DNA of 56,107 bases, counting the filler, from Sphacelaria rigidula (taxonomy: Eukaryota), in NCBI GenBank assembly GCA_964200075.2. It is 7 parts of 7 records of this genome, joined end to end, with 100 filler letters (N's around TTAATTAATTAA, not from the genome) between each part and the next. Parts side by side here need not be neighbours in the genome. Positions count along the whole stretch, not along the records: positions 8,031 to 15,960 come from CAXNAA020012941.1; positions 16,061 to 23,990 come from CAXNAA020012942.1; 5 more parts are not named here. One strand, written 5' to 3'. The notes beneath the pieces are model-generated. The model was not told the DNA's origin. It did no database searches and was given only the letters and a program-made list of their open reading frames with translations. Position 1 is the stretch's first letter; each line of letters starts with the position of its first letter. This document shows, in pieces, positions 12,591 to 24,090 of this stretch. A program made the translations under genes and the position numbers.

Positions 12591-13193
12591 ACCGCGGGTT
12601 GGTTGAAATGTGCCGACGAGTCTCTTTCAGGTCCCAACTAGAAGGAAAGAGCTGCGCGTGGCGATATATGCATATATTTCCACCAACATCGCTCCGCAAC
12701 TTACATACACCATGTGGTTCCGGCTATGACTATCCATCAACGATGGATCACGGAATAAGCGTCCAACGTTCTTCTTTGCACCTCGTGAGTAACGCGCTTG
12801 GAAGGATGGGGCCGAAGTCGGAATATTTGTCATTCTTCATCGGAATTTCTCAGAAAACAGCGGAATCAACTGATGGAAAAAAGTGCAAGCACGAAAACGC
12901 GAGTTTCACGACACCAACTTTGCGGATTCGTGAGCTGCATGGCCACCTTTACATGAAAAAGCTGACTGCAATACAATGCTCAGCTTGCCCTCACTTAATG
13001 CCGTTTGAGAGATATGGCAATCTGAAACAACGTGATTTTCTTGACCGGCCCAGGTTGCATGGTACTTGTGCTGGTTGAACGATATACGTTTTAAACCTCT
13101 CCATAGAACTGAAACCGTGCAGACAGTTTACAGCCTAATCCTCGGAAGATACTGAAGATTTCATGGCCAAGGTTGTCTCGACGCACACCAAAG

Positions 13194-13557
13194 CCGGTCG
13201 CCCCGGTGGCTCAGTGGGTAATCTCGAAACCCTTTGACAGTGGAGTCGTGGGTTCAAATCTCGGAGCGATCCGTGATTTTTTCTCACACCATGCCCAACA
13301 GGGGAGAGCGACTATGTCGTGGGTACACAACATTCGACTTAACGATCGACGAGGGAAAGGGACTGCTGAACCCCTCTCGCGATAAAAAATAAAAGGGAAG
13401 CACCACAGAAGGAAGGCGGGGTACTAAAAACAAACAAAAAAGAAAAAACTCCTGTGTGACCCCGGCTGGTGTGCCCGCATATGCCGCTAGGTGTAGACCG
13501 GCGTCCAGAATAGATGGGGCGACAACACACACACACACACACGCACACACACACACA
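13194..13557 (+). mobile_element. tRNA-derived SINE family A with (CA)n tail
   Basis: A box GGTGGCTCAGTGGG and B box GGGTTCAAATC; body shared with 19158-19597 and 35190-35671; ends GGCGACA-(AC)n. Confidence 0.88.
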
Positions 13558-15420
13558 TCAAGCCGATTAATACAAACAGAGTAATTGAATGCTCCTTGGT
13601 ATACACGGAGCAAAGTGACCTGCCCTCTCCATTAGTGCCGGAGCGTGATGGGGCGGCAGGTGCATGTGAAACAGGGGGTCTCAAAAGTGAGCATCATTTC
13701 ATGTGGTTAAGTCTCCGATAACAAATTACGCCGCTGTTCGCGTGGTGTGCCGTAGATATGCCGTATATTTTTTGGCCTGGTTCGCACCTCTTCCGGTCGT
13801 CAACATTAGGCACAAAGCCACGGTATGGGGGTAAGCGCGGTCCGTGGCCTACAAACAAATTTGGCAAGACGACCTGAAACGAGATAAGAGGGCCGAGGCC
13901 CGTATAAAGTATTGCATGTAGCCGGAGGTGTGAATTTTTCTCGCCGAAACCCCACGTTCCGTCCTACCTTTCGGAACAATTTCCCGTTCGCTCGACTTCC
14001 TTGGGTGTTAATAACCTTAACACAGCAGTGTTATCCCTTTTCAATAATATGGAGGGACTTGTGTGGGATAATATGTACCTTCTAGTAGTCACTGTCATAT
14101 TCCACAGTTTCAATTGTCTCAGACCAAGTGTGGAGATCATCACCGGAAGAGGAGTGGGCACTTCCACCATCAAGAGCTCGCTTCACGAGCGGTATGCGGA
14201 GGTGTAAAAAGCACCATCACGCACGAGACCCATCACAGCACACATTGCCAACGCTTGCTACTGAAAAGAGGGGGCGTCCTGGCAGTATACGGCAAAGTTG
14301 TGCAGGATTCTCTACATGCCAGCCCCACCCTGCGCGCGCGGATTTCAAATCACCCTTCTTTACAGTATATATGTATGATATTGCTCACTGTCTGTGCATA
14401 CGTGGTGTATCACCCCTCGCTCCGCCACATCTTATACTGCGGTCGGTGTTGCAGCTAAGCGTGCATTCTCCCTCCTAGGTGATGCACGCAGGACTAAAAG
14501 GCCGCCTCTGCCGCTACAATACCTGCCTGTATCTTGAGCGGAGCTGCATGGTAACACAGCCGCTATGGCGCGCAAGCCGGCTGAACCAATCCATACCGTG
14601 GAGATTTCTACACTTTGTCTTGAAGGGAAACTGCGCAAGTCGCAGTAGGCAATAGCTTCTATACTGTTGTGCACAATACATTATTTTGAGTTGTATAGCG
14701 AATGTAGAAAGCTCTTGTCCAGGATGTAATACATTTCCACATATATTAGGCGGTGAGATCGTTAAACAATCGACAGCACATGGCCAAAGTAGAAGTGAGG
14801 CAATCACCGAAATATTCACGTGCAAAGGCTATGCGGAGAAAATCTAACTTGATAAGGCTAGAAGGATACCAGTGCAACGCCCACTCTGGCTGCCAGCCTG
14901 TTTTCACGGCCGTCCCGGTAGTGGTGGGACTGTCTTTACCGGGATGTCGCCCCCAGTACCAGGTACGCCGGCATGGGCCCGTCGCGCGATCCACTGGTCG
15001 CGCGACAGGAGCTTAACCTTCGACTCTCGACCGTTTTGGAGCGGACACGTTCACCTCCCAACCCTCATATATATAGCGAACCATACACGATGCTTTTTTG
15101 TTGGGTTTCTTCGAGCGTTCATCCATAACTGGGCGAAGATTGATGATGAGACCGGCAGGAACCGTTGCAGCCAGCGTACTCATCTGTGACTGTACCCACT
15201 ACAGTCGTCATCAGACAGCAGGGTGTTGAAAAAACAAAATCCCACGCACAGTGATTCTCCACCGTATCAATGCAGACCGGGATATCAGCGACTTTCCCTG
15301 CCGCAGCTGTGACAGTGACACCTTCCTCTAATATTGATCTACACATTCTTCAAGTTTCGGCATCATCTGACCCGAGGCGCGAATTCTCTGCACACCGAAG
15401 CCGCTAAAAGACCGCCTTCA

Positions 15421-15490
15421 TATTATTTTTTATTTTATTTGATTGATTGTCGCACTTTAACTGACCCCCCAGGGATCCAGCCGTTATTGA
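15421..15490 (-). mobile_element. Short 3' end of retroposon family C
   Basis: GGGGGGTCAGTTAAAGTGCGACAATCAATCAAATAAAAT on the minus strand; near-identical to the 5111-5170 copy. Confidence 0.6.
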
Positions 15491-15960
15491 AAAGGAATAA
15501 CACTGACAGATGTTCTTCATTGAGGCGTGAGGTTGCCGGTGTCTCCGTGCTTCTCCGTTCGCCTCGTTTCGCCGATTTCTCGGGGGGCCTGCCCATTGTA
15601 TGCCCCACATTCATGCACCGATCTCACGTTTGGTTCATTTCTTCGGCCGTTTGACAGAAGTCAGAAGCCATTCTTCGCAGGCGTGTTCTTGAGCGACGCC
15701 CGAGGTCACCAGGGTATGAAGATATCTGCCCGTCACCATGTGCCCTGCATTCTCGAAACATTTTCACTTTCATTCTGCGTCCTCGGCCGTTTCCAGAATG
15801 AGTTCAAACCAATTTGCACACATGTCCCTCAATGAAGCCCAAGGCCACCAGTGTCTGAGTATTCCACGGTCAGGACAAATCATCTCGACTCAAAATCACC
15901 AAATCCACGATTTTTTCGGCCTGGTTGCCCAAAAGAGAGAAAAAAGTTGATCGCTGGTCC

Positions 15961-16060
15961 NNNNNNNNNNNNNNNNNNNNNNNNNNNNNNNNNNNNNNNN
16001 NNNNTTAATTAATTAANNNNNNNNNNNNNNNNNNNNNNNNNNNNNNNNNNNNNNNNNNNN
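15961..16060. other. Artificial contig spacer
   Basis: N run with TTAATTAATTAA. Confidence 0.98.
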
Positions 16061-16126
16061 ATCGAACCCCCCAACTCAACCATCAGAAGGTTACGTGGTT
16101 ACCAACTGAGCCACCGGGGCGACCGG
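16061..16126 (-). mobile_element. tRNA-like head of SINE family A, cut by contig edge
   Basis: Reverse complement CCGGTCGCCCCGGTGGCTCAGTTGGTAACC...GGGTTCGAT. Confidence 0.75.
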
Positions 16127-18841
16127 GGCCCACAGTAGTACTAGTATAGGAAAAACCGTACATGCACAGCAATATGTGTGTGTCCTATCCCATCGTAGCT
16201 CTTTCCCGTTGCACAGTACTCGTACAGCAGACTACAGTTTCAAAAACACGGCACCTGCCCCACAGAACAGTGCACGACAGACAGTACAGCGGCATACTAC
16301 CCTTCATGATGACGGCGAGTTGCTTCAAGGGTCAAGGCACCGGTGTTGCATCTGGACACAAACCTATCGACCGAATGGGTCACACCTTGGAGCTGCCAAA
16401 CTGGCTCCGTAACCAAGAAATCAAAGCCGATGACGAAAAACAGGGCAAGCACGCCGTCGGAACAAGTGCTCACTGGACTTTTCTGTGCCCTGCGGTGTGT
16501 TTCTCTATAAAACCCCAGACAACTCATCCCAAAAAAGCCGGGCATTTTTTCGAGAATGCGGCTAGTACCCCTTGGATGTTTGTTTTGAAAACATGTTCAT
16601 GTTTGAAATGAAACGGAATGTTCGCCTAAAGAACAACACCTGCGAGACACCAGACAGGGCCGCCACTACTGCGGTTGTCTGTACACAAAGTATCAGTTTC
16701 ACATACGGGGTATAACAGCCCCTTAGTCATGACTTTAAAAAGGTCGAGTTGCTCGATACGAGTACACAACGAGGCATGCACTGGAGGCATATTTGCACAA
16801 GACATGAGTAATCAAGCGACACGTGCTTTGAGCGATGTCATATGCTGCAGATCTCAGAGCATTCCTGAGCATGAATGGAAAGGCATACAACATGGAGGTG
16901 GAGATAGATCACAGCAAGAGCACTGCTTGTACAAATGTAAATGTACTGACCGATGGTACCGCACCTCTTTCTGAGCACAGTCTGAACAGCGGCCCACTTC
17001 CTCCACTGTCGTTGATGGTGGCAGCTGGTCGGCAGCATGAGTCTGCCCCCCCCCACCGGACTGTGCATCATAAGTCCAGAAATTCCCAAGGTAGCCGGAA
17101 GTCATGTGATTAAATCGTATGGAGGGGGTGTTTAGATTGCCCCCCCCCTCCGTAATGGAGTAATTTGGACACCAATCCCTGAGCGGCGGTACTTTCTCGT
17201 TGCAGGACTGTCTGTATACCTTCAATGAGTTGTGTGTAGCGATGCTATACCTCCTCGAGACACCAAAACTGTACCGTCTTTGTAACGTTTTTCGGGTAGG
17301 TATTTTTGTTACGGCTCGACCACGCCATTCCACCGCACTGACCACATCTCAAACCTTGTACTATCTGTACTATCTGTACTTACTGCTGTCCTGTCCAAAG
17401 GCGGGGAAGCATACTTACCCGACGTGGAGTGTCGGACATCGTGGGTCTCGCGGTCCAGAGAACCCCGGCCCGATCATGGCTCTTCGAACTTATGGCAGTG
17501 ATACTCTTACCGGTGTGTTTCCCTGTTTAGCGTCTGGGATGGTACTACAGTAGTACAGCACCGCCAAGATGTCGTGTGCGGCGCTCCTGGCTGCCGCACG
17601 TATACTCCCCTTACGCCCAGTCAGTCCAGTGTGGCGTAGATAACTACTTATACACTTGTAGTATAGTACCGCACAAGCTAGGCGTTGACTTTTCACGTTG
17701 TGATTTCGGATATTTTTAAATATGCAACACACAACCTCTCAACCACAAGCAGCTGGCAGAAGAGACCACGCAAAAATTCAAGACGCCAACGTTTGTATCA
17801 TTGAGTGTCACGGGCTAATCCAGGTGCAGTATACTCGCTTTCGTATATTCTCGCACGTTCTACAGTAGTACGAGTACGGTGGAGGTAAACTGACAACGAT
17901 CGATCCTGTCACTTGAGATAGAATGTATTTTCATCAACTGTATATTGTCAACTCGAGGGTCGAGACTGAGGACGTGAAGTTTTGACGAGAGGAGCGCATT
18001 GACCATTCGAAGGGCATGGATACACAGGGAGTATTATACTGGCAGTAAATATAATACTCGTGGTGGATATAGCTTTGTTTTTTTGTCTCTTGGAGTCGTG
18101 AGGCAGGTTGATCCAAGGAAATTCCTCGAGTAAAGATACGCTTTTCTACGGAGTACTCACACCCATCATGAGCAATGCTACGGTAGGGGTGCACTTTTTT
18201 CGCGAAACTTTGTCTGGTTCAGAGGCTCCTAACGATTCTAGACGCATACCAGGGCATCCCCGTTTGCAGATTTATTCGGGATATCCCCAGCACATTGACA
18301 TAGTAATCCTGGCGTACTCTCGCATATTTTCATAAGTCATGTTTTGGATTAGATAAGGGGCTCCTAACAATTCTAACCTCAGAAATTATTTCTGTACCCA
18401 TACCGTAGCATCACTCTAATAGTTGTGAATAAAATAGTATAAAACACCGTTATCAACAAAAAATACACTCTTCCAATCAAGTTGATGCGCTCCATTCCTC
18501 GACATTTTGGGTCCCGACTCTCGAACCTCGGGTGAGTAATCCAACATGTGTAGTTTCTCAAGGTCGTAAACCGTACATTTTTGTTGTAAATACATTCAAG
18601 TGGCGACGAGGCAGAAACCAAAGCAGGTATCGTCGTTCTCGCGTCGATGTCAGCTACGCGCTTAACGATTTCAGCACAATTGGGCTCGAAGAATGATGTA
18701 AGGACAGAGGTGACCGATTAGAGCGTGTGGTACACTCCGGACCCCCCCCTCCCTCCCCCAGCTAGTCGTCCTATTTGCGCCAGGGACACCTTTCCGAGTC
18801 CAATAACGGGACTCGCATCATGTAACTTTCCGCTGTATGTT

Positions 18842-19094
18842 TGAGTGATGCCGTGATAGCCCCCCCAAGAAAAGTGGCTGGTTTGAGGAGGCAAAAATTA
18901 CATGGAATCAGAAAAACAAAAGCCGAGCACATTGAGCAGCCGGGAATTCCCACGCTTGCGGTCATTCTCGCCAATGTCACCAAAAAGGGGCATTTCGTGC
19001 GATACGAAATCAGTCACCATGCGCTGTGTGGACATATTAGTCGTGACCGTGTTGCGGCTGTTTTTTCTTCGGGGGGATATCGCGGCATCACTCA
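18842..19094. mobile_element. MITE, 253 bp, 24-bp TIRs
   Basis: TGAGTGATGCCGTGATAGCCCCCC versus reverse complement of right end TGAGTGATGCCGCGATATCCCCCC (22/24); interior related to 49686-49934 and 39796-40030. Confidence 0.8.
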
Positions 19095-19157
19095 TTTGTG
19101 CATCGACATATGTCAACGATAGGGGTCGCATTCCCTAAAGTTGTGTACCACCACAAG

Positions 19158-19552
19158 CCTGTCGCCGCGGTGTCTCAGTTGGTAACCCCGGAACCTTTTG
19201 ACGGTTGGGTTATGGGTTCAATTCTCGGACCGATCTGGGATTTTTTCTCACACAGTGCTCAACAGTGGAGAGCGACCATGTCGTGGGTACACAAATTTCG
19301 ACCTAACGATCGACGAGAGCGACCATGTCGTGGGTACACAAAATTCGACTTAACGATCGACGAGAGAAAGTGGATACTGGACCCCACTCGAGATAAGAGA
19401 AAAAGGCAAGCACCGCAGAAAGAAGGTGGGGTACTAAAAACAAATTAAAAAATAAAAAGCTCGTGTGTTGACCTTCCTCCTGTGTGACCCCGGCTGGTGC
19501 GCCCACATATACCGAAAGGTGTAGACCGGCGTCGAGAATAGATGAGACGACA

Positions 19553-19583
<31 letters not shown>

Positions 19584-19597
19584 CACACACACACACC
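19158..19597 (+). mobile_element. SINE family A copy with an internal ~47-bp tandem duplication
   Basis: A and B boxes; duplicated gagagcgaccatgtcgtgggtacacaaa...gatcgac at ~19268 and ~19315; (CA)n tail. Confidence 0.88.
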
Positions 19598-19964
19598 ACA
19601 GGTCGCCAGCATACCAATCAAGGCTGGACTCCAAAGATGGACGACCGACCGAAGAAATCATCGTAGATTTAGATGTTTGTGCTGTTGCTGCGGCCGATGA
19701 TTTGCGTGATGGGGGCGTGTTGTCGATTCCTCTCCGTCGCGCGCTCGTACCTATTACTCTCTACAGGGAACGGGACGGAGGAGCGAGCACCGCCACTAAA
19801 TTGTGTGCTCTCTGACTTCGGATTTGTGAGTGGAGTGAGTCCATTGAGATGGTTCAACTTGCATCCGAATCTTTGCGGAGATCCGCGGTAGAGTTTTACA
19901 AGTGTCGACCTGGCCGGCCCTTACGCTGTGCAAGGTTCAGGATATCCATGGACCTCCTTATCAT

Positions 19965-20103
19965 GATAATCATTATTAATACTATTATTACTATTATTAT
20001 TACTACTACTATTACCATTATTATTATTACTATTACTATTACTATTATTATTACCATTATTATTATTATTAATACTATTATTATTATTATCAAATATATT
20101 ATT
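19965..20103. repeat. (ATT/ACT)n microsatellite, probably a retroposon 3' tail on the minus strand
   Basis: Visible directly. Confidence 0.85.
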
Positions 20104-20208
20104 AGGGAAAATGATCCCCCGCTCCAATACTGGGATCGAGTAACCGTGTGATCCTTTTCGGAACACTAATTTACATCGAAACCAACCTTCCATTACTACA
20201 ACAAAGTA

Positions 20209-20828
20209 AACGGCTGGGCAAGAGTCACAAAAAGGCGGAGGTAGTTCAACGGACTCGACAAAACAGAAGAGTAACCGGCTGGGCAAGAGCCACAAAAAAA
20301 GCCGAGCAGTTCAACAGTCTCGGCAAAACAGAAGAGACCACAAAAAGCAACAGTATTCTTTTCTGCGGACTTCGTGGTTTTATGGTGAATCTCAGATGGC
20401 TATGTTGAATCATCGCACGCTTCACTATAGGGGATGTTCGCTCTGTAAATGTACTGTCACCAACCCAGGTTTTCCTAGCAAGACCCATGTATCAGCGCAG
20501 CGCTTTGAGGGTGCCTCCAGTTCGAAACACATCGTACAGGTAGCAGAGAGGAGGACACGGCTCGGGAAGAGTCACAAAAAAAGGCAGAGCGGTTCATTGG
20601 TCTCGACAAACCAGAAGAGACCACAAACAGCAACAGTATTCTTTTCTGCGGACTTCGTGGTTTTATGGCGAATCTCCGATAGCTATGTTGAATCGTCGAA
20701 CGGTTTACTATGGGGGATGTTCGCTCTGTAAATGTACTGTCATCAACCCAGGTTTTCCTAGCAAGACCCATGTTACAGCGCAGCGCTTCGAGGGTGCCTC
20801 CAGTTCGGAACACACCGTACAGGCAGCA
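20209..20828. repeat. Tandem duplication of ~285-bp unit (two full copies plus a partial one)
   Basis: cggctgggcaagag...cagtattcttttctgcggacttcgtgg...gtgcctccagttcg...cgtacagg at ~20275-20545 and ~20557-20828; partial copy from 20209. Confidence 0.85.
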
Positions 20829-20913
20829 CAATGTTATAGCGTATATCATCGGTTGAGTAGTTATACAGTTTGCAGTTGGACCCCATTACAAGAGTGCAGA
20901 AATGCAAACTCTT

Positions 20914-21528
20914 TTATTTTTTTGCCATCAACAGATTCAAAGCTGTAGTTTCAACCACAGGTCCTATCTCCATTCTGTAAACGATCACTTCTGCGTGCAC
21001 GACGTGTTTCGAAGAATTGAAAAACACTAACATGCACTGTCGTACTACGGCGCATATCACTTTTCCGCCCGTGAATATCACAGCGTAGTCCACCTTCCTA
21101 CAACACAAACGGGTTGTTGCAAGCTCCCATTGCCAAGGTGGTGGCACACGGAATTGTATGGCGGAGGTTGTCAAGCTATGCCTAATTTCAAAGCTCCCGA
21201 CAGATTCAAATTTGTGAATGCCTGTCAAATCTCCTTTTTCATGACGCGCGAGTACCAACATTTCTTCCCAACCCTGAACGCTGACAAGAAAGACCGTCAA
21301 TCCAGTACAAAACAGCTCACCAATAGTTTGCACCGCACAGACTCCTCGCACCTTGCACTGCACCGTCCCAAGGTGAGCGATTTTCTTTGCCGTCAGGAAT
21401 AGCGTTGAGCAAACACCGGTTGTTTGTTTCCGTGTTTCATTACCTCGGGAACAAAAAAGCTCCCACGTAAATTCGTCAACAAATCCATTTTCAGCAAGTT
21501 TTGTTGCGCAAGCAGGGCTGTCCCCCAT
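20914..21528 (-). CDS. Intronless 204-aa ORF of unknown function
   Basis: ATG-to-stop ORF with non-repetitive globular-looking composition; weak similarity by eye to ORF 43739-44209. Confidence 0.35.
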   Translation of the reverse strand: MGDSPACATKLAENGFVDEFTWELFCSRGNETRKQTTGVCSTLFLTAKKIAHLGTVQCKVRGVCAVQTIGELFCTGLTVFLVSVQGWEEMLVLARHEKGDLTGIHKFESVGSFEIRHSLTTSAIQFRVPPPWQWELATTRLCCRKVDYAVIFTGGKVICAVVRQCMLVFFNSSKHVVHAEVIVYRMEIGPVVETTALNLLMAKK

Positions 21529-21755
21529 CTAACACCACACAGATTACCGTGACAGAAGCGTACTGTGTAGAGAAAAGCGATAGCTAGCGCCAGGTATGCT
21601 GCGCTTGTGCCCTGGAATTCTGTCATGTTTGATAGGGTTGGCTTTTGATGCTGAACGTGGTTTTGCCATGTGTTTGAGTCACGCCTGTTGAGATTTCCAG
21701 ACCAAACTCCGACTACCTTTCCTACACAGAGATACTTACCGCTGCTTCATGCAAG

Positions 21756-22090
21756 TCAATTTTGTGGCTCTTCGTTACAGTAAAGGTGACCACTTGGTGG
21801 AGTGAAGTTTTCCCGACTTGGTTTTAGTATAAACGCTCACATCTGGAAATTTATTTCCTTACACAGGGAGAGTCGACTCAGAACAGTTTCACAGGCTGAC
21901 AGTCCAGGAACATCCGAGGTGAACAGGGGGCGGAGTGGTCCTTTAGATAGGGGGTGTGCGCCCGTTTGCGGGACAGCCGGAAGGCTCATCATGTCAACCA
22001 CGTCTGTGTGGACATTTCTCACGAAAAATTGCCCGTCAAGAACGAAGTCCGCGAGAAGCGGAGCAGCCATTCTGATCGGCTTTCGATAGC
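21756..22090 (-). pseudogene. C-terminal coding segment of unknown protein, paralogue 1 (disrupted)
   Basis: TSDVPGLSACETVL...AFILKPSRENFTPPSGHLYCNEEPQN*; indel and in-frame TGA near 21837; interrupted upstream by a MITE at 22091. Confidence 0.6.
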
Positions 22091-22288
22091 GGTATCTCAA
22101 ACTCGGCTCCCGGTATCATGGTTTGTTTTGTTCAATTTTTTCAAGTGAAAGTGATGCCGGTTCATCACATGATGACACCGTTTGACTGCCAGGTCAGGTC
22201 CTCTCATGAATCGCGAGCACTTTCACATGAAAAAACACTACACAACTAAGAGCCAGCGAAAAAACCAGAAAGCCGAGTTTGAGATACC
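22091..22288. mobile_element. Fold-back MITE, 198 bp, perfect 18-bp TIR
   Basis: GGTATCTCAAACTCGGCT ... AGCCGAGTTTGAGATACC, plus inner inverted repeat ttttttcaagtgaaagtg / cactttcacatgaaaaaa. Confidence 0.8.
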
Positions 22289-22296
22289 TTTAATAT

Positions 22297-22396
22297 CCCT
22301 TCGACCGCGAGGTTAGTCTTCTGTTGAATCGGCATCGATTTCAAGTGAAAAAAAAGTATGCATAATCCAGAAAGACTAATCTCGCGCCCTGAAGGA
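22297..22396. mobile_element. ~100-bp MITE (piggyBac-like ends), copy 1
   Basis: CCCTT...cgcgaggttagtctt / aagactaatctcgcg...GAAGG; interior ctgttgaatcggc...tgaaaaaaaagtatgcat shared with 34596-34694. Confidence 0.55.
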
Positions 22397-22834
22397 TGTG
22401 ATCACTTTGTTCCTCCACAGGTGGGCTACAGATGGCCTACTTAGCTGCGTATTTCTCATTGCTGTCCTGACAATTCAACCATATGTGTTATCGAGCACAC
22501 ATACATGCAGACTCTGCACGCAATTGACTGCGGGTTCAAAACCGGTCGGGGGTTCTCCGTGACTATTTTTCGTGATAGATGCTAAGTAACATCCACATCT
22601 TCATGAAACGGAGGTTTTCTAGAGCGAAAAGAAAGCTTTGATAACCCAAATGTGGATTAGTTCATCTCAGTCCACGTGCGGGGGATCGATGCCGAAGGGT
22701 TATTGGGGGTTGCCGTTCTAGCTTGTGCAGAACGCGCTCTTTTCTGAATAAAGTCTTGCAAAGCACAATTTGCCCGGCGAACAATTTGCGTCGATGGGCA
22801 GAGAGCAATAATAATAGAACGTGAGGGCATAGAG

Positions 22835-23068
22835 TCAGTTTTGTGGCTCTTTCTTAGAGTAGAGATGACCGCTTGGTGGGGTGAAATTCTCCCGACTTGG
22901 TTTTAATATGAACGCTGTGACATGTGGAACTCTGTCCCTTACACTCCTCAGAACAGTTTCACAGGCTGACAGTCCAGGGACATCCGAGGTTTCCAGGGGG
23001 CGGCGGGGTGGTCGTTTTGACAGGGTGTGTGGGCCTGTTCGCGAGACAACCGAAAAGAAGAATGCCAC
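22835..23068 (-). CDS. C-terminal coding segment of unknown protein, paralogue 2
   Basis: Open frame TSDVPGLSACETVL...AFILKPSRENFTPPSGHLYSKKEPQN*; mostly synonymous differences from paralogue 1. Confidence 0.55.
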   Translation of the reverse strand: MAFFFSVVSRTGPHTLSKRPPRRPLETSDVPGLSACETVLRSVRDRVPHVTAFILKPSRENFTPPSGHLYSKKEPQN

Positions 23069-23518
23069 ACGCCCATGTGCCCTTTAATTTTTTTGGATCC
23101 CTCAGGGCACACGCGGCCATTTGGCTACTCCCCAAAATGCCTCCGAAGGGATGATCAACAATGTTTTCGTGAGATTGAGAGTAGAGGGTACAGTTCAGAG
23201 TGAAAAAGGTTAATGAGTAAATGAATCGTTTCAGTTTGGAAATGCCCCTCCACGAGGCCCAATATGCTTTCTGCAGTCGCTTGCCACTGAGACCCTTGAT
23301 ATCCTCAAGTGGGATATCGACGTGAAGCTGAAACCACACGCCAGTGATGAAGGCAAAGAAGAGCACACACGGAATGAAAAGTTGGCTACGTGAAAGCGAA
23401 TAATCAAAGCCACTCTCAATCAGGACGCCACTCTCAATCTCACGAAAACGGTGTTGATCATGATCGATGCAGGGGTGCACGACAAGAAACATGCCCGAAA
23501 AAACAAATGCCCTCAGGG

Positions 23519-23879
23519 CACACGAGGCCATTTGGCTATCCCCGAAAATGCCTCCGCAGGGATGCGTGGCCCTCCGTAGGCGGAAAAAGCTTCCGGAGGC
23601 CTTAAATCCCCCTGGAAAAAACCAAACACCACCGCCCTGTAGGGCCGCACACCCCTCCGGAGGAATTCGGGGGTAGCAAAATGCCTCCGGAGGGATGCGC
23701 GGCCCTCGAGAGGCAAAGACAAGCCTCCGGGGGCGTTCAATCCCTCTGGGGGACACCAAAATTTTCTCCTCCGAGCCTCCGGAGGGCCGCGCATCCGTCC
23801 GGAGGCATTTCATTCCTCCAGAGGGTCGAGAGTTGACCGCCCTGGAGTAATTTTGGGGATAGCCAACTGGCCGCGTGGG
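23519..23879. mobile_element. MITE with CACACG termini, candidate 2-bp TSD (GG), and internal CCTCCGGAGG palindromes
   Basis: cacacgaggccatttggctatcccc...ggggatagccaactggccgcgtgg; inverted copy at 38874-39230; partial left end at 23108-23153. Confidence 0.75.
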
Positions 23880-23880
23880 G

Positions 23881-23990
23881 GGAGAGGGGTGTACTCCCTC
23901 ATGATCATGCATGCCATAGTCATAAGACCATTGACCTCGCATCCCTACAAAGCCGGGACGGAGCACGCCGGGTTTTCGCCGGACCAGGCT
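23881..23990 (+). repeat. Interspersed repeat family D (contig-breaking)
   Basis: ggggtgtactc..gatcatgc..gccatagtca..gacctcgcatcc..ggagcacgccgggtttt..ggaccaggct; same at 47965-48078 and inverted at 40355-40475. Confidence 0.8.
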
Positions 23991-24090
23991 NNNNNNNNNN
24001 NNNNNNNNNNNNNNNNNNNNNNNNNNNNNNNNNNTTAATTAATTAANNNNNNNNNNNNNNNNNNNNNNNNNNNNNNNNNNNNNNNNNNNN
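23991..24090. other. Artificial contig spacer
   Basis: N run with TTAATTAATTAA. Confidence 0.98.

Noticed and set aside
13194-13275. tRNA genes here and at 9895-9967, 16061-16126, 19158-19240, 35600-35671 and 41271-41345
   Set aside because: A and B boxes are present, but the cloverleaf and anticodon are degenerate and each head is attached to a shared body and tail (or cut by a contig edge); they are SINE heads.
14001-14207. Smr-like motif VEIITGRG
   Set aside because: No upstream LDLHG motif, short ORF, no splice support; probably chance.
22959-23966. 335-aa minus-strand ORF
   Set aside because: It runs through repeat D, a GC-rich MITE and a partial MITE end, so it is probably a chance composite; only 23200-23330 might be a real exon.
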